This document shows positions 1 through 13,518 of a stretch of DNA of 64,000 nucleotides, piece by piece; position 1 is the first letter of the stretch; every line of letters starts with the position of its first letter. The translations under genes were made by a program, and so were the position numbers. The notes below the pieces were generated by a model. The model saw only the letters and a list, made by a program, of their open reading frames with translations, ran no database searches and was not told where the DNA came from. Origin of the DNA: Octopus sinensis (taxonomy: Eukaryota); the NCBI RefSeq assembly GCF_006345805.1, contig NC_043000.1, forward strand, positions 55,738,001 to 55,802,000, given 5' to 3'.

Positions 1-960
1 CCTTGAAGCATACGTTGTTAATACTACTGACTGGATGATGGTGATAGTTAAAAATCAGGAAAATATGGCGTGTAAGTAATCTATCACAAAAGGGACAAAA
101 AAACATTAAAACAGGCTCAGTTTAGATAATATGGACATCAAGACCAGAGAAATGTCACCAAACAAACCAAGCTGGAAAAGTAATGAAAAGAAAAGCACAC
201 AAAAAGAACTTGAAGCAAGTAAAACAACGCTGGTAAGATAAACCCTTACACAGCCAATAGCTAGCACTGACCAATGAAGCTAATGCTGACAATGATCAAT
301 GGTTGCAAAGAGCTGGATTAAAGGTAAAAACCAAAAGCGAATCATCGTAGCTCAAAACCATTCCTTGTTGACCCATAGTTACCTGGAAAATATAATTAAG
401 TACGGGACAGATTCAAAGCGTGGGTTATTTAGGAGAAACGATCGACCACCTTTTCTCCGGATGTTCTTCAACGGCTGTGAATCATGATAGAGACAGGCCG
501 TCCAAATCGGGCAATATATCCTTTGGAATTTTGTGAACACCATGGGGGTGAGGAGAAGCAACTAAAAAACTGGTATGGACATTTTCACCAGTCAGTCACT
601 TATATTGGCTATATCATCATTCTCTGGGATTTTACACTTAATACCGATAGAACAATTAATGTAAATCGCCAGATATTACAGAAAAACAAATTATACGGAT
701 AAAATGTGTCTCCTAATTCTTATGACCGCTCTCACAAAGAACAACGCCACTGTCAAAGAACTGAATAAAATATAGAAATACAAAGATGTTGATTGTCGAA
801 ATCTGGTAAATGGAAACAATTAAGATACCTGAAGTTATAGCTGCACTTACGATAATAAAAAATGAAACTGGTAAACTTATAGATATTATATCATGGAAAC
901 TGTTTAAAACAAATGCAAAAAATAATGCTAATGTACACAGCGCATCCTTTAAGCATCATT
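1..960 (+). mobile_element. R4/Dong-clade non-LTR retrotransposon, degenerate 3' part (post-RT region to RLE endonuclease C-terminus)
   Basis: Frameshifted peptides match R4/Dong C-terminal motifs: W*DKPLHSQ (~231-258, cf. W..KPLHGQ), WIKGKNQKRIIVAQNHSLLTHSY (cf. IIAAQDQSL.TRNY), IILWDFTLNTDRTINVNR (cf. KILWDF.IQTDR.I..NRPD), METIKIPEVIAALTII (cf. IPVIVGALG.I) and LMYTAHPL (cf. LMGTAHIL). Many stops and frameshifts. Confidence 0.72.
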
Positions 961-1159
961 ACCATAAATTTCACAACTCTATAGAGCACTCATACATACA
1001 CATTTTTTATTATTTCATTATTTTATTATATTTATTTTTATCCAGTTCTACAACTTCTGGACATCAAACAATCATGAAATGCAATAAAAACATAATATCC
1101 AATATGTTTCTCAGTTGCTTCGGTGTCGCCCGGTGGATAAATATAAATATAGCAGATGA

Positions 1160-1672
1160 CTTGAGGCAGATGCTCTCATGGAAGTGTTATCATGTACATA
1201 TCATTTCTCGGCTTAAAAGATAGGCTACCGCAAATATTCTGCTCATCATCACAGATTTGCTTGTCAATTGTTTGATCATAAACAGTTGAACGTTTCCCTT
1301 CGTGGCTAACAATACGTATATTTCTGATCACGGACAGAAATGGCCGGGAAGTATCATAGCCATGTGCTAAGAGGAATTCTTTGGGGTTTGAATAATTCAC
1401 CCCTAGGATCGTGGGTGCTTCTTTCAACAATTTTAAACAACCCTTGTTCGGGGACATTTTGATTGGGATAGGCTGCTCGAGCGAAGAAAATTCCAGCTGC
1501 TGTCAACCTATGCTGTTTATCGTGATATGAGATCACCATGTCGCGCACACATGGTTGGCATGCATGTGCCTGTGGTACCCTTATCAGACGAGTAGTCATG
1601 ATGGGTATATTTGGCATTGTATATTTATATCTCAGTCTCAATTTGATGTCATGTGCTGCTCCTTCACTCACA
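1160..1672 (+). mobile_element. Copy A (diverged) of a ~560-bp AAT-tailed interspersed element
   Basis: Aligns by eye with the reverse complement of 2767-3321 and 3400-3961 (shared gatatgagatcaccatgtcgcgcac and ttctttggggtttgaataattcacc). Ends ...cactcaca followed by an AAT/GAT tail. Confidence 0.8.
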
Positions 1673-1674
1673 AA

Positions 1675-1849
1675 CAATAATAATGATGATGATGATGACG
1701 ATGATGATGATGATAATGAAGAAGAAGAAGAAGAAGAAGAAGAAGAAGAAGAAGAAGAAGAAGAAGAAGAAGAAGAAGAAGAAGAAGAAGAAGAAGAAGA
1801 AGAAGAAGAAGAAGAAGAAGAAGAAGAAGAAGAAGAAGAAGAAGAAGAA
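1675..1849 (+). repeat. Compound microsatellite AAT > GAT > (GAA)44
   Basis: Read directly; the pure GAA run spans 1718-1849. Confidence 0.97.
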
Positions 1850-1949
1850 AGTAGGAGGTTTTAGAGAGACGGAAAGAACTATAAGAAAGATGTATAATAG
1901 TTTGAAGAGATTAAGATCGGAGAAGACGTGAAACAGAACAAAATAAGAA

Positions 1950-2180
1950 GAACAACTGAAATAGTGACCGAGATTGTATGAGAAGTGTGGTCTTGAAAGG
2001 ACAGTGAAACAGTATGAGCATAAACCAGATGACAACACCGAGAATAATGAGTATAAAATCTTATGGGATTTTACAATCCAGTATGATACAGTGATTGATG
2101 TTCGAAGATCAGACATTGTTGTAGTGAATGAATGGAAGAAGGAAATGAAGGGCATAGCTATTGCCATACCTGCAATTTCT
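1950..2180 (+). mobile_element. R4/Dong-clade RLE endonuclease fragment
   Basis: ORF 1974-2183 reads EKCGLERTVKQYEHKP..ENNEYKILWDFTIQYDTVIDVRRSDIVVV..IAIAIP, matching WYEH.P...EN...KILWDF.IQTD..I.ARRPDIVV...IDIA.P. Confidence 0.82.
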
Positions 2181-2372
2181 TGAGCGGGATGAGATACAAG
2201 ACCTGAAGAAAACTCTAACTGGGCCTCACCTGTGAGGTCATACGTGGTTTATCTTGATATGAGATCACCATGTCGCGCACATATGGTTCCGATGCAATTG
2301 CCTGGGGTACCCTTATCAGACAGGTAGTCACTTTGATGGCCTGCACTGATATCTCACTCAATAATAATAATG
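2180..2372 (+). mobile_element. Copy B (5'-truncated) of the ~560-bp AAT-tailed element
   Basis: The 3' third of the same repeat (gagcgggat...gatatgagatcaccatgtcgcgcacatatggtt...ctcactc) followed by aataataataatgatgat. Confidence 0.85.
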
Positions 2373-2394
2373 ATGATGATGATACTTATTATTA

Positions 2395-2559
2395 TTGTTG
2401 TTGTTGTTCTAAAAGACTCTCGGATAGTTCTTAATTACGGTTATTATATTCTTGAAAGCAGGCAGTAACAAATCACCAAAGGTTTCAAGTAATATCTTCT
2501 CCTGTGATTCAAAGATCCAATACTCTCCTTAGAATGCGAGCTGTACCCAAGAATACTGT
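2395..2559 (-). mobile_element. Extreme 3' end of an R4/Dong element (ORF C-terminus, 3' UTR and AAC/AAT tail)
   Basis: Minus strand 2559-2509 reads TVFLGTARILRRVLDL*, the canonical LGTARILR.VL terminus. The 5' truncation point abuts an (AAT)n run at 2560-2580. Confidence 0.78.
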
Positions 2560-2670
2560 ATTATTATTATTATTATTATTCTATGCTTGACTTTTGCTTT
2601 ATATTTAGTACAAGTTGGCTCCAAGTCTCACCCAGAGACATCAAGAGACAACAGACTGGAAGTTCATGTT
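2560..2670 (-). mobile_element. Probable short 3' end of another AAT-tailed retroposon
   Basis: Minus strand ...ctcttgatgtctctgggtgagacttggagccaacttgtactaaatataaagcaaaagtcaagcatag runs directly into (AAT)n. It resembles a LINE 3' UTR; no coding motif is present. Confidence 0.4.
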
Positions 2671-2766
2671 GTTGTTATGCCTAGTGTGCCATATATTTGG
2701 TTTTGTATTTAGTGTTGTACTAGTGAATGTCTTTAAAATATTATTATTATTATTATTATTATTATT

Positions 2767-3321
2767 GAGTGAGAGAGCAGTGCATGCCATCAAAGTGACA
2801 CTGGGGTAAAATATACGAAGCCCAATATACCCATCATGACTACCCGTCTGATAAAGGTACACCAGGCACATGCATCACAACCATATGTGCGCGACATGGT
2901 GATCTCATATCAAGATAAACAGCACATGACCTTGCAGGTGGGGCCCAGTTAGAATTTTCTTCAGATTGAGTAGCCCATCCCGCTCAAACGGTCCCTGAAT
3001 AAGGGTTGTTTAAGGATGTTGAAGAACCACCCATGTTTCCAGAGGTGAACTATTCAAACCCCAAAGAATCCCTCTCACACATGGCTATGATGCTCCCCCA
3101 CTACTTCTGCTCGTGATCAGAGATGCACATATTGTCAGCCACGAAGGGACATGCTCAACTGGTTAAGGTCAAACAACTGACAAGCAAACCTGTGTTATGA
3201 GCAGAATATTTGCTGTAGCCCATCTTTTATACCAAGACAAAACAATGTACATGATAACACTTCCAATCAGTTAAGATCAGAAGCCATGAGAGCCACTGCC
3301 TGGTACTGCATCAGGGCATTT
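2767..3321 (-). mobile_element. Copy C (apparently full length) of the ~560-bp element
   Basis: Bounded by gagtgagagagcag and catcagggcattt, with ATT arrays on both sides. Similar to 3400-3961 over its whole length. Confidence 0.9.
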
Positions 3322-3399
3322 ATTATTATTATTATTATATTATTATTATATTATTATTATTATTATTATTATTATATTATTATTATTATTATTATTATT

Positions 3400-3957
3400 G
3401 AGTGAGAGAGCAGTGCACGCCATCAAAGTGACACTGGTGTAAAATATACGAAGCCCAGTATACTCATCATGACTACTCGTCCTATAAGGGTACACTAAGC
3501 ACATACGTCACAACGATATGTGCATGACATGGTGATCGTTTATCAAGATAAACAGCACATGACCTCGCAGGTAGGGCCTAGTTAGAATTTTCTTATGGTC
3601 GAGTAACCCATCCCGCTCAAAAGGTCCCTAAATAAGGATTGTTTAAGGAAGTTGAACGAAACACCCATGTTTCCAGAGGTGAATCATTGAAACCCCCAGA
3701 AATCCCCCTCAGCACATGGCTATGATGCTCCCCCACTACTTCTGCTCGTGATCAGAGATGCACATATCGTCAGCAACTAAGGGACATGCTCAACTGGTTA
3801 AGGTCAAACAACTGACAAGCAAACCTGTGTTATTGAGCAGAATATTTGTTGTGGCCTATCTTTTATACCAAGACAAAACAATGCACATGATATCACTTCC
3901 AATCGGTTTCTCAATATAAGAATCTACGAGAGCCACTGCTTGGTACTGCATCAGGGC

Positions 3958-3961
<4 letters not shown>
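3400..3961 (-). mobile_element. Copy D (apparently full length) of the ~560-bp element
   Basis: Same two termini as copy C. Separated from C only by an ATT array (3319-3399) and followed by a large ATT array. Confidence 0.9.
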
Positions 3962-4490
<529 letters not shown>

Positions 4491-4944
4491 GGCTTCAGCA
4501 ACCGAAGATCGGATTTTTCTAAATTGATGCAGTTTTTGATACCTGTCAAAATGTTTCAAAAATTTTACTTTGGCGTCACATGAACAGTGATTGAAATTTT
4601 AATGTTTAAAAGGATTTCAATCGGTTTTTCTCTTTTAACTTGATTTGCATTTTCTTACTTGAGACTCAGAAGTTTGCTGGAAAGATGGACTTACGATTAT
4701 TTGGACAGATGCAATTTAAATATCTCTGCAGGTTCCAAATTGGAAAAGTAAATTACGATAGAGAAATGTCTTCTTTTTGAAATGAAATAAGACGTAAATT
4801 CTAAAAGAAAAGAAAAAAGAATCGGATAACAAATTATGACAAAGCCAAACAAAATTTAATTTGAATAATTATGAATCAAAGGTAAAGAGAAATTAATACT
4901 TTAAAGTTAAAAATCTATCAATGTTTTTATGTTTCTGCCTCTTA

Positions 4945-5280
4945 GTCTATCTATCCAGCTATCTATTTTCCTATCTATCTGTCTACCCGTCTGTTTATCT
5001 ATCAATCTATCTGCCTGATTGCCTCTCTCACTCTCTCACTCTCTCGCTCTGTCTCTCTCCCTCCCTATTTATCTATCTATCTCCTTGTCAGTCTATCTGA
5101 CTATTTTCCTATCTGTCTGTTTTCCTCTCTGTTTATCTATCTACCTATTTTATTTTTCTATCAGACCGTCTGTCTGTTTGTCTAGCTATCAATCTATCTC
5201 TTTTTCTATCTATCTGTCTTTCTGATTGTCTGTCTATCTATCTATTTAGCTGTATATCAATCTCACTGTCTTTCTGTCTG
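4945..5280. repeat. Degenerate (CTAT)/(CTGT)/(CT) low-complexity tract
   Basis: Read directly. Confidence 0.8.
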
Positions 5281-5340
5281 TCCCTACAAATATAAATGCA
5301 TCTGCAAGGAAACACAAACTCATACCTCGCACCTAAATAT

Positions 5341-5520
5341 ATTGCTACGCCGCTACTCAGGGCCCAAGGCCCTCCGATTCCACCACGGGCCCTAAGTCGC
5401 GACGACGACGCACAGTAAACCGGAAATCCACCACAGAAAGGGGGGAAGGCGGCGAACGCAGCCAGGAACCAACACAACGACAACAAAAGAAAGAGACACA
5501 GCGGAAGTTGCGTAATTTAG
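5341..5520. promoter_or_regulatory. CpG-dense segment with ETS-like motifs (possible promoter or TE end)
   Basis: Locally GC/CpG-rich against the AT background. ACCGGAAAT at 5419-5427, GCGGAAGT at 5501-5508, TTGCGTAAT at 5508-5516, and two GGGCCC sites. Function is inferred only. Confidence 0.3.
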
Positions 5521-6176
5521 CAATTTTTTCAAAACAAAATCAAAGCATTCCAAAACAAAGGTTGACAAATCATGTACAGAGTTCGAAGAACAATCATTTG
5601 CATTTATACATAATACAGAGTTCGAAAAACAAATCATTCAACATTTGACTCAATACAGTTCGGTCTTTTCAAGACAAATCCTTTTACATTTGGCACAAAG
5701 TTCAAAATCAACAGTCTCTTAGAGCTCCATTTTCCTCTTTTTTTAACACGACAGTTCTCAAAGTTCCTTCTGCCTTTTTTTAAAAAAACATTTCCAGGAA
5801 CTTTTTTCTTCTTTTTCTTTTCTTTTAAAAACAGCCAACTACACGCTCTTTTTTTTCTCTTCAATGGTTACGTCAGAGCCTCTCTCTTTTTTTTCCAAAC
5901 ATTTAAACATCGAAATTCAAAACACAAATAAAAGACATTACCGTATGTTCCACGCCTGCAACACTCCCTGAACATCACAACCCCCACTATAGTAATCCGG
6001 CTTCTTTATGTCTCTCTCTGCTCCTTCACTGTCATCTTCCTCCTGTCTCTTGCCCACTCACTGTCTCTCTCTAGACCCTGGCTGTCATCGTTGTGGCTGC
6101 CTCTCGCCGACTCCACCATCTCTAACTCACTCCCGGGTCCGCTCCGCTCACACTGATCCTCTCACGGTTTCTTGCT

Positions 6177-6212
6177 GACTGACCAACTAACTTAATGCTA
6201 GCCGTATTTATA
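6177..6212 (-). promoter_or_regulatory. Candidate Pol II core promoter (TATA box plus initiator)
   Basis: Minus strand TATAAATA (6212-6205) is followed by TCAGTC (6182-6177). The first T of TATA lies 32 nt upstream of the Inr A (6180), close to canonical spacing. Confidence 0.4.
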
Positions 6213-7399
6213 ACGTTGTCCCAGCATTTTTATTTTTTAAACTTTCCGTGACCGTGTGGGGGCCATAGTTCAAAGCCTAGGACCATTAATAATCGTGGCC
6301 TTCGACAGGATAAAGGAAATACCATTGTCCTGAACAACTGGAGCGCCGGTTCAATTCCAACTAATGGAACAATGGGCATAATGTCTTTCTTTGCTCGTTT
6401 ACTTTTCCTTGCCTCCGTAACAATATGTTATATGTACAAGGTATTGTATGATCCTAGCTATATTCATACGACCAGTATTTTTTGTTTGTTTCGCTTTCTT
6501 TTATTTTCCTATGCAAAAAACATTGCCTTTGTTTAACTGCAATTTTCGAAACATCAAGGGACTTGTAACTACGCTTGCAATTTTTTTAAACAGTACCTTC
6601 TAAAATTAACAATTTATAATTCCACACTCATTTATAAACACACGCTTCCCATTACCACAGAGCCGGTTGAAAACATGTACAAGCCACAGGTAGGGCTCTG
6701 CAAATTGGTGTCTCCTTCAGGAGAGAGCCACTTATACGCCATAGAAACCAGGACAATGGCTGAGTAATGAGCTCGTAGACTTGTGACGGATTTACACCAG
6801 TCTAGCTTCCGCTCATGTAATTAGTAGTATATATGTTCATGCCTCGTGAGAAGCAGTGCGTTCTGCTTTGTCGGGCAGATCTAGCGTTTCTTAAATTTAT
6901 CCTTAGCTTTCCAGCATTCTTAGTTCTTCTTACGACTCACTATTCCCTTTAGAATTCGTCTCACAACGTGAAATACCACGAAGTACCTCATCTTACAAAT
7001 TGTATACATACTTACAGAAATGTAAGCGTAAATTTGCGTGCGCACACTTGCGTTGCGCTTGCATTTCAATGTTAATTTTATAGTGTGTTATACAGCCTCA
7101 AGTTCCAGTCATACAAATAGATACTGAAATCATAAGCTTTGGCTGAGTAATAATTCTCAGGAGAAACAGATTCTGAATTGCTTTTGCTTGTGTTGTCATG
7201 TGGCACCTGGTCAGTGCTAATCGAGGAAGTGGAATCCATAGAGCTTGTTCAGACCACAATATAGCATTTTCGCTATAACATATTTATTTTGGCAAATTGC
7301 CTTCTGCGCATGCGTATTTATAGCTGGTACTACTGTTGTCACGTGATCAAAGTATGAGCTTGATCGAACAGTTTTTTTTTCTGGCTTTACAGTGTAAGA

Positions 7400-7540
7400 A
7401 TGGCTGTTCCACTAGCAATGTCCACCAAAGAAGAACAAAGAGCAGTGACCCCGATTCTCTGGTCGAAAGGTGTGCCAGATGCTGATATTCATCGGAGGTT
7501 TTTAGCACATTACGGGGATTGTGCACTACCGTAGGAGAGC
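7400..7540 (+). pseudogene. Mariner transposase N-terminal remnant
   Basis: MAVPLAMSTKEEQRAVTPILWSKGVPDADIHRRFLAHYGDCALP* matches the mariner N-terminal HTH pattern EQRAVIRFLW.EG....EIHRRL...YG...L. It is cut off by a SINE fragment at ~7545. Confidence 0.75.
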
Positions 7541-7986
7541 AATTGACTTAATCGTCCCAGTATTTGACTGGTGCTTACATTATTATCAGCCTCTGAAAGA
7601 TGAAACGCACAATAAATCACCGTGGTATTTGTACGCGAATACATAAGACGTTCTTTATCGGGTCATTCGCTCGTACTTCCAGCGACCATTCACACCTACA
7701 ATATTTTAAAATAAAAACGGAAATAGAAATAAATAAATGTTGTTGGAGATCATAATGATGCTGTCGCTGGTGCCTTTGTTTAACCCTACACCAACCTTGA
7801 TCCAGCGAACAAATATGATCATAATCCTTCCAGACGAGCCTATCCGGATGTTTACTTGGGTTTATATTCGCTAATGCGTGTTTTTCTAAAATGTTGCCGA
7901 AAATATCTGTTGAAAGATCTCTCTTGCAATTAGAAAGTTTACCTAGACGCTATGCGCATATATCTGTAAGTATAGTATAGTGGTAT

Positions 7987-8285
<299 letters not shown>

Positions 8286-8756
8286 ATTATTCTATGTGTA
8301 AAGATTTTTAACTCACGCTATTCTATGCAGATATTTATATTGTGGTTTAAAATAATACTTCAAATCAATCTTTCATTCACTGTCCCCGTTACACCCTTTC
8401 TCTCCTCTTTTCTCTTTCTCTCTCTTTCTCTCTCTCTCTCTCTCTCGCACATATAGAGGCTTTCTCTCGCTCACTCGCTCTCTAACACTGTTTCCCTTTA
8501 TTTTCCTCTTCTTTGAACATCAAACTGAAATCACTTTCCTTTACCAACACTTGTAATAGCTTCCTGATGAGGTCCACAGAAATGATGTTGCTAAATTAAG
8601 TTTTTCTGAGATAAAACATTGTATGTGCACCAAATCATCGAGGTGAAGGAATGCCTCTCTGTGTACGTTTTATCTTTTCGAAATAGCAGCTACATTTCTC
8701 TGAAACCATAGTATGCTGTCTTTAAAGCCTGAATTAACTGAAATAATAGACTAGGA

Positions 8757-8850
8757 TAGGGCGACGAACGAGCAAAATCTTTAGCACGACGGACAAAGAG
8801 CTTAGTAGCGTTTTTTCCAGGTTTACATTCTGAGTTCCAATTCCTGCGAG
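8757..8850 (+). mobile_element. SINE family A, degenerate 5' part
   Basis: Similar to the reverse complement of the better copies at 38101-38278 and 47671-47894. Confidence 0.5.
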
Positions 8851-8869
8851 GAAGACCGCCCATTTTTAG

Positions 8870-9265
8870 GGTGTAGGCGTGGTTGTGTATTTAGAAGTTT
8901 GCTTCTAAACTACATGGTTCGGATTTCTGTTTTCCTACATGGCCCTTTAGGCAAGTGGCTTCTGCTATAGCCCCAAGTCCACCAAAACCTTGTGAGTTTA
9001 ATTCGTAGATAGAAACGGAAAGTAACCCGTCGTATATATGCGTAGGTGTGCGTGTATTTGTGTTTGTCCCCACCACAACTTTACAAACGGTGTTGGCTTA
9101 TTTATATCCACATCACTTCATAATTAGCGGTTCGACAAAAGAGTTCCGATAACGGAAATACTATCTTTTTTTTAATATGTAGAGACCAATTTATTTGACT
9201 AAAACAGTCAGGGCGGTTCCCCAGCATGGACATAACTCAATGGTTGGAATGCTTTTGATCAAAAA
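8870..9265 (+). mobile_element. tRNA-derived SINE family B, old copy
   Basis: Colinear with 56565-56966 (aaaccttgtgag, cccgtcgtatatatg, tgtttgtcccc, ttagcggttcg, ggcggt..ccagcatgg). Confidence 0.8.
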
Positions 9266-11809
9266 AAAAAAAGCATTCGAAGCATGATCAGGATAATTTC
9301 TTTATTCCACGCGATCAGGTCTAATTTAGGCCTGAAGGACAATAATTGTATGGCTGACCGAAAAGGTTAATCCTTTCGGATGAAGATTGGGTACATACTA
9401 AAGCAGTTTTCCATTATCCTTTTTCAAGCAGATCTGGAATCCCTCGAGTTAATGAAGAAGCATCTATGCTGTTGCTTGTCCTATATAAAGTAGCAGTCAT
9501 ATCAAATTAATCTCTTCTGTCTTCAAATATGTGTTTTCTCTGTTGTATTTGTTACATATATTTTAATGTAATGTTGCACTAATCACCCAATATAGGACAG
9601 ACGCAAGCACGCCTAAATGTTCACAAAGTTTGAAGATCGATGTCATAAGTTGTATTTTCTGCAAGTGTTTTTTCTTATAGTTTTGAGTCGATCCAGAGTT
9701 TGTGAATAAAAGTGGGCTGACGGTAACTATTAGATGGATTGTACTTGTATTTTCAAGGGCTAGCTTCTTCACAGATTATATGTCGATGACAGTTTTAAAA
9801 TTACTTTAAAGACACACACATATCACTGGAATATCACTCATTTACACATTAATTTAATGAGTAGGCAATGCAGATAATCGATCAGCTAAACCTCATCTTC
9901 GAAACGAATAATCACTCCATCATATGAAAGAAATCTTGTGTGTTTATATGAGGGAATATATTTCGATTTAATTTTTGTAACTAATTTTATTCTATTTTTT
10001 TTGTATAGCCTTATATCGACAAGTATGTGACATACTGAACAGCGTAATTATTATATAATTATCCTTCAAAATGTTAGCTAAATTTAAGAGCAAGTTATAA
10101 TTGATCAGTAGTTTTTCATTGCTTAGTTTTTTTAAGGCGAACAAAGCAAGGTAAATATGATTTGCTGACAAAATGGCTTACAAATGACGCAAAATATACA
10201 ATTTTGAAAACTTACTTGAAACAGAAGTCTGAGGGTTAATTAAATGATCGTTAAATTCTCATATAATTAAGCAATACAGATACAACAATCGTATAAAAGG
10301 GCTATTAAATAAAAATAGAAGACACAAATATATACTTTAGGTTTAACGCAACCTAAAATGCTATTAAGAAACTATATACACAATATGAAGCGAATTTATG
10401 AACGTTATGATTGTAGAATAATTTCTTCCTGCTATAACATTGATTTTTACAGGAAATGCTATATTTGTATCTTATATTGATTTTTCATAACTAGGGTATG
10501 TTTCACTAACATGAAACTTTGCCAAAATTTTCAAATTTACAAAATTTGTTTTCCATAATTATGACCTTCAAAGTAAAATTATTAACATTTTCGCAAAAAC
10601 GATATTCTTTTTATCCTCTAATTGAGAAGTCTTAATTTGATTTAATATAAATTGATATAATTAACTTCAGCTTAAACTTTTGTTGATCAATATATTTAAC
10701 TAATCTAGTTCTTATCTCTTGGTGTAAAATTAAAAATAATATACAAATTAGTCGGAACAAAAAGATTCGCCTAACTTCAAACATGCTCAATCGAAAAATA
10801 ATTAGTTGATTTCGAATGAATTTGTCAAATACATATACACACACGCGCGTATATGTATGTGTATACCTATCCGTCCATCTATACATATGTATACACATAA
10901 ATATGTGTATGTGTGTGCATATATGTCTTCATATATATATATATATATAATGTATGTATGTATTAATTTTAATTATAATTAATTTTATATATTTTCCCTT
11001 CGGTAAAGTTTTGAAATTATATTTTATAGAAATGTTTTTATTATTTTTTTCCTTATTTTAACGTATAACGCTGGATTATAGCCATATACAAAGGTTGATA
11101 TCATCTCTATAAAATATGACATCTGTTTGAAGTTCGACTAACAACAGGAAAGTCCATCATTTGGATCAGAGTTTGCAGCAAAATTCGATAGATAGCGCCT
11201 CTAATGTTACTAGGATGTAAATCAAAGAGATTCTCGTCGACAGACGCTGATATAAGCTTCCACTTGAAGAGGTTTAGTAAAACAGAATGAACTCTATGAT
11301 AGCCAAGTTACCCAGATGGCTTTTATGTCAGTCAGTTTGTAACGTCAGCATCCCATGCGTATTATTGTTTTATAGGGAGGGCAGTAAAACTCTTCTGATT
11401 AAATATAAAGGATACTGTAATAGTTCTTATCGAAAAAGATGCAACAGATCACTTAAAAGATCATGAAACTCGAGTTAATGACATTATTTGTTTTTACTGA
11501 ACTCCTTATTGCCCATCATGTGTTAGAGATACAGTTATTGAGATCTCAAGAATAAAATATCACCCATTTCTGCATCTAAAATTTATACATGGGGTAGTTT
11601 CCCATTTTCTCTTCACTAAAATTGCACCCAGTCACAACAAATCAATCATTGATATATATGTATATATATATGTGTGTGTGTGTTGCTGTCTGTCTATCTC
11701 TCTGTGTTGGTTGCAAAGAGAACAATCGTAAGCACCCCGGGGAAAAAATTCATTAAGAGGCAACAACTACAGTTTAAGAGTCAATTTGGTAATATTCATA
11801 TTTGACAGT

Positions 11810-11990
11810 GTTTCAAGGCCACACATTTCAAGGCAAGCAATAGCTGGTTAAATCAACTTAAACAGTTGGCTGGTACTGTAGCGTATGGCGCAAGAATGGC
11901 AAAAAGTAAATTTGTTCCCGGCAGAATTTGAACTCGAAACATAGAAATTCTTAACTACAACCACACAGCAATTTGCCCTCCGCTTTAGAC
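11810..11990 (-). mobile_element. SINE family A, highly degenerate
   Basis: Residual blocks ggtact, aaagtaaatttg, cggcagaatttgaactc. Confidence 0.45.
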
Positions 11991-13384
11991 AATAAGGAAA
12001 TATTAAATTGACTTTGACAGAATATCGATGCAACTATCAAGTAATTGTATTTATTTTATTATTTTAGTTCTGTAGGTTCTTATTCGTCTGTGCAAGATGA
12101 CAAAAACAACATCTATGACATTATTTTCTCGAAAACATTTTGCCAATTGTTTTTTTTATGTTCATTTATGTACATAATATTACGATTTTGTTCCTTGATT
12201 ATCAATTCCTTTCTTCTAAGCGTCCGCTACGGGCCATATACCTATATCTAAAATACTGCTCATTTGAATAATGGAATCGTGTCATATCGTTGCATGATAT
12301 CAGTTGACAAGTAATTTTCAAAGGAATTTCATTCAGCTGTTATCTCATCAGATTATATGTAGCAGAATATAGTGATTTAAAGCATTGATAGTATAATAGA
12401 TATTTCACTGTCTGCAAGCAACAGTTCATTCAGAATCGCTGACAAAAAGCATTACTGTGCTGATGATTAAGGTGTAAAGATTGTATTGAATTCCTTGTGC
12501 ATCACAGTGTGCTCTGATTTTGTAAAATCTTTTCATGTAGTTAAACGAATTTTTTTTTTCTCGCAGAAATAAACGGGCTGAAGTATATTACAGAATAAAT
12601 GAAGGTAGTATTTCAAAATTGGTTATTCTCTAGTGAAATGATTTTGTATTTGTTTCCATTTTATATTCGCTGGAGACAAAATGTACTGCCATTATTGTGA
12701 TGAAGGTCAAATGTGTTAAAGTGTTGCATTCCTGAAAAATGCGGTTCACGATACATCGGTTGATGCCAATAGAATAATTCTTTTTTACATGATAAACCTT
12801 TCGCATGCCAACTACAATTTCATGGAACAAAGCAAAGCACGAACATATCAGATATTGTGCGCAAAATTAAAATCCACATGTAACGTCATGCCTGCCTCTA
12901 AACTATGATCAGTAAAATAGGTGAATTTCATTGACCTTAAAAACCTTAGGCCAATCATGGAAGTTGAATCCATAACTTATAGAAAGAATTGAAATCAGAA
13001 ATGAAAGGCAAAAAATAAAAACAATCGTTCAAGTGCACAGAATTCTCTCTTATATATTAATGTTTCGATTGCTATTACGTCACATACAGTAAGATTCATA
13101 GATAAAAAAATGCATGCACACACACACATATGCAAGCACAGGCAAGTGTATATGTATGTCTGTTAACTAGGCCAAAAAGGAATATTAATAATAAATGATC
13201 AAAATGTGGTATAGATTAGATGAAGTGAGAACAAAGTTTATTTTTCCTTAGTTTTTCATGAACAAATCAAAATATAGAACAGTAGGTTTTATTTGATGAG
13301 CATGTTCTGTCTCATTAAATTCTGTTTTTTCTTCTCGTATCTCACTTTTACTTCCAAATATTTTACATATATTTTGAAAGAAAC

Positions 13385-13404
13385 TATTATTATTATTATT
13401 ATTA

Positions 13405-13459
<55 letters not shown>

Positions 13460-13487
13460 TATTATTATTATTATTATATTATTATTA

Positions 13488-13518
<31 letters not shown>
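13385..13518. repeat. (ATT)n microsatellite
   Basis: Read directly. Confidence 0.96.

Noticed and set aside
810-1223. 137-aa ORF as a host gene
   Set aside because: The first ~50 residues are the Dong RLE C-terminus, and the rest is read-through into AT-rich sequence and repeat copy A.
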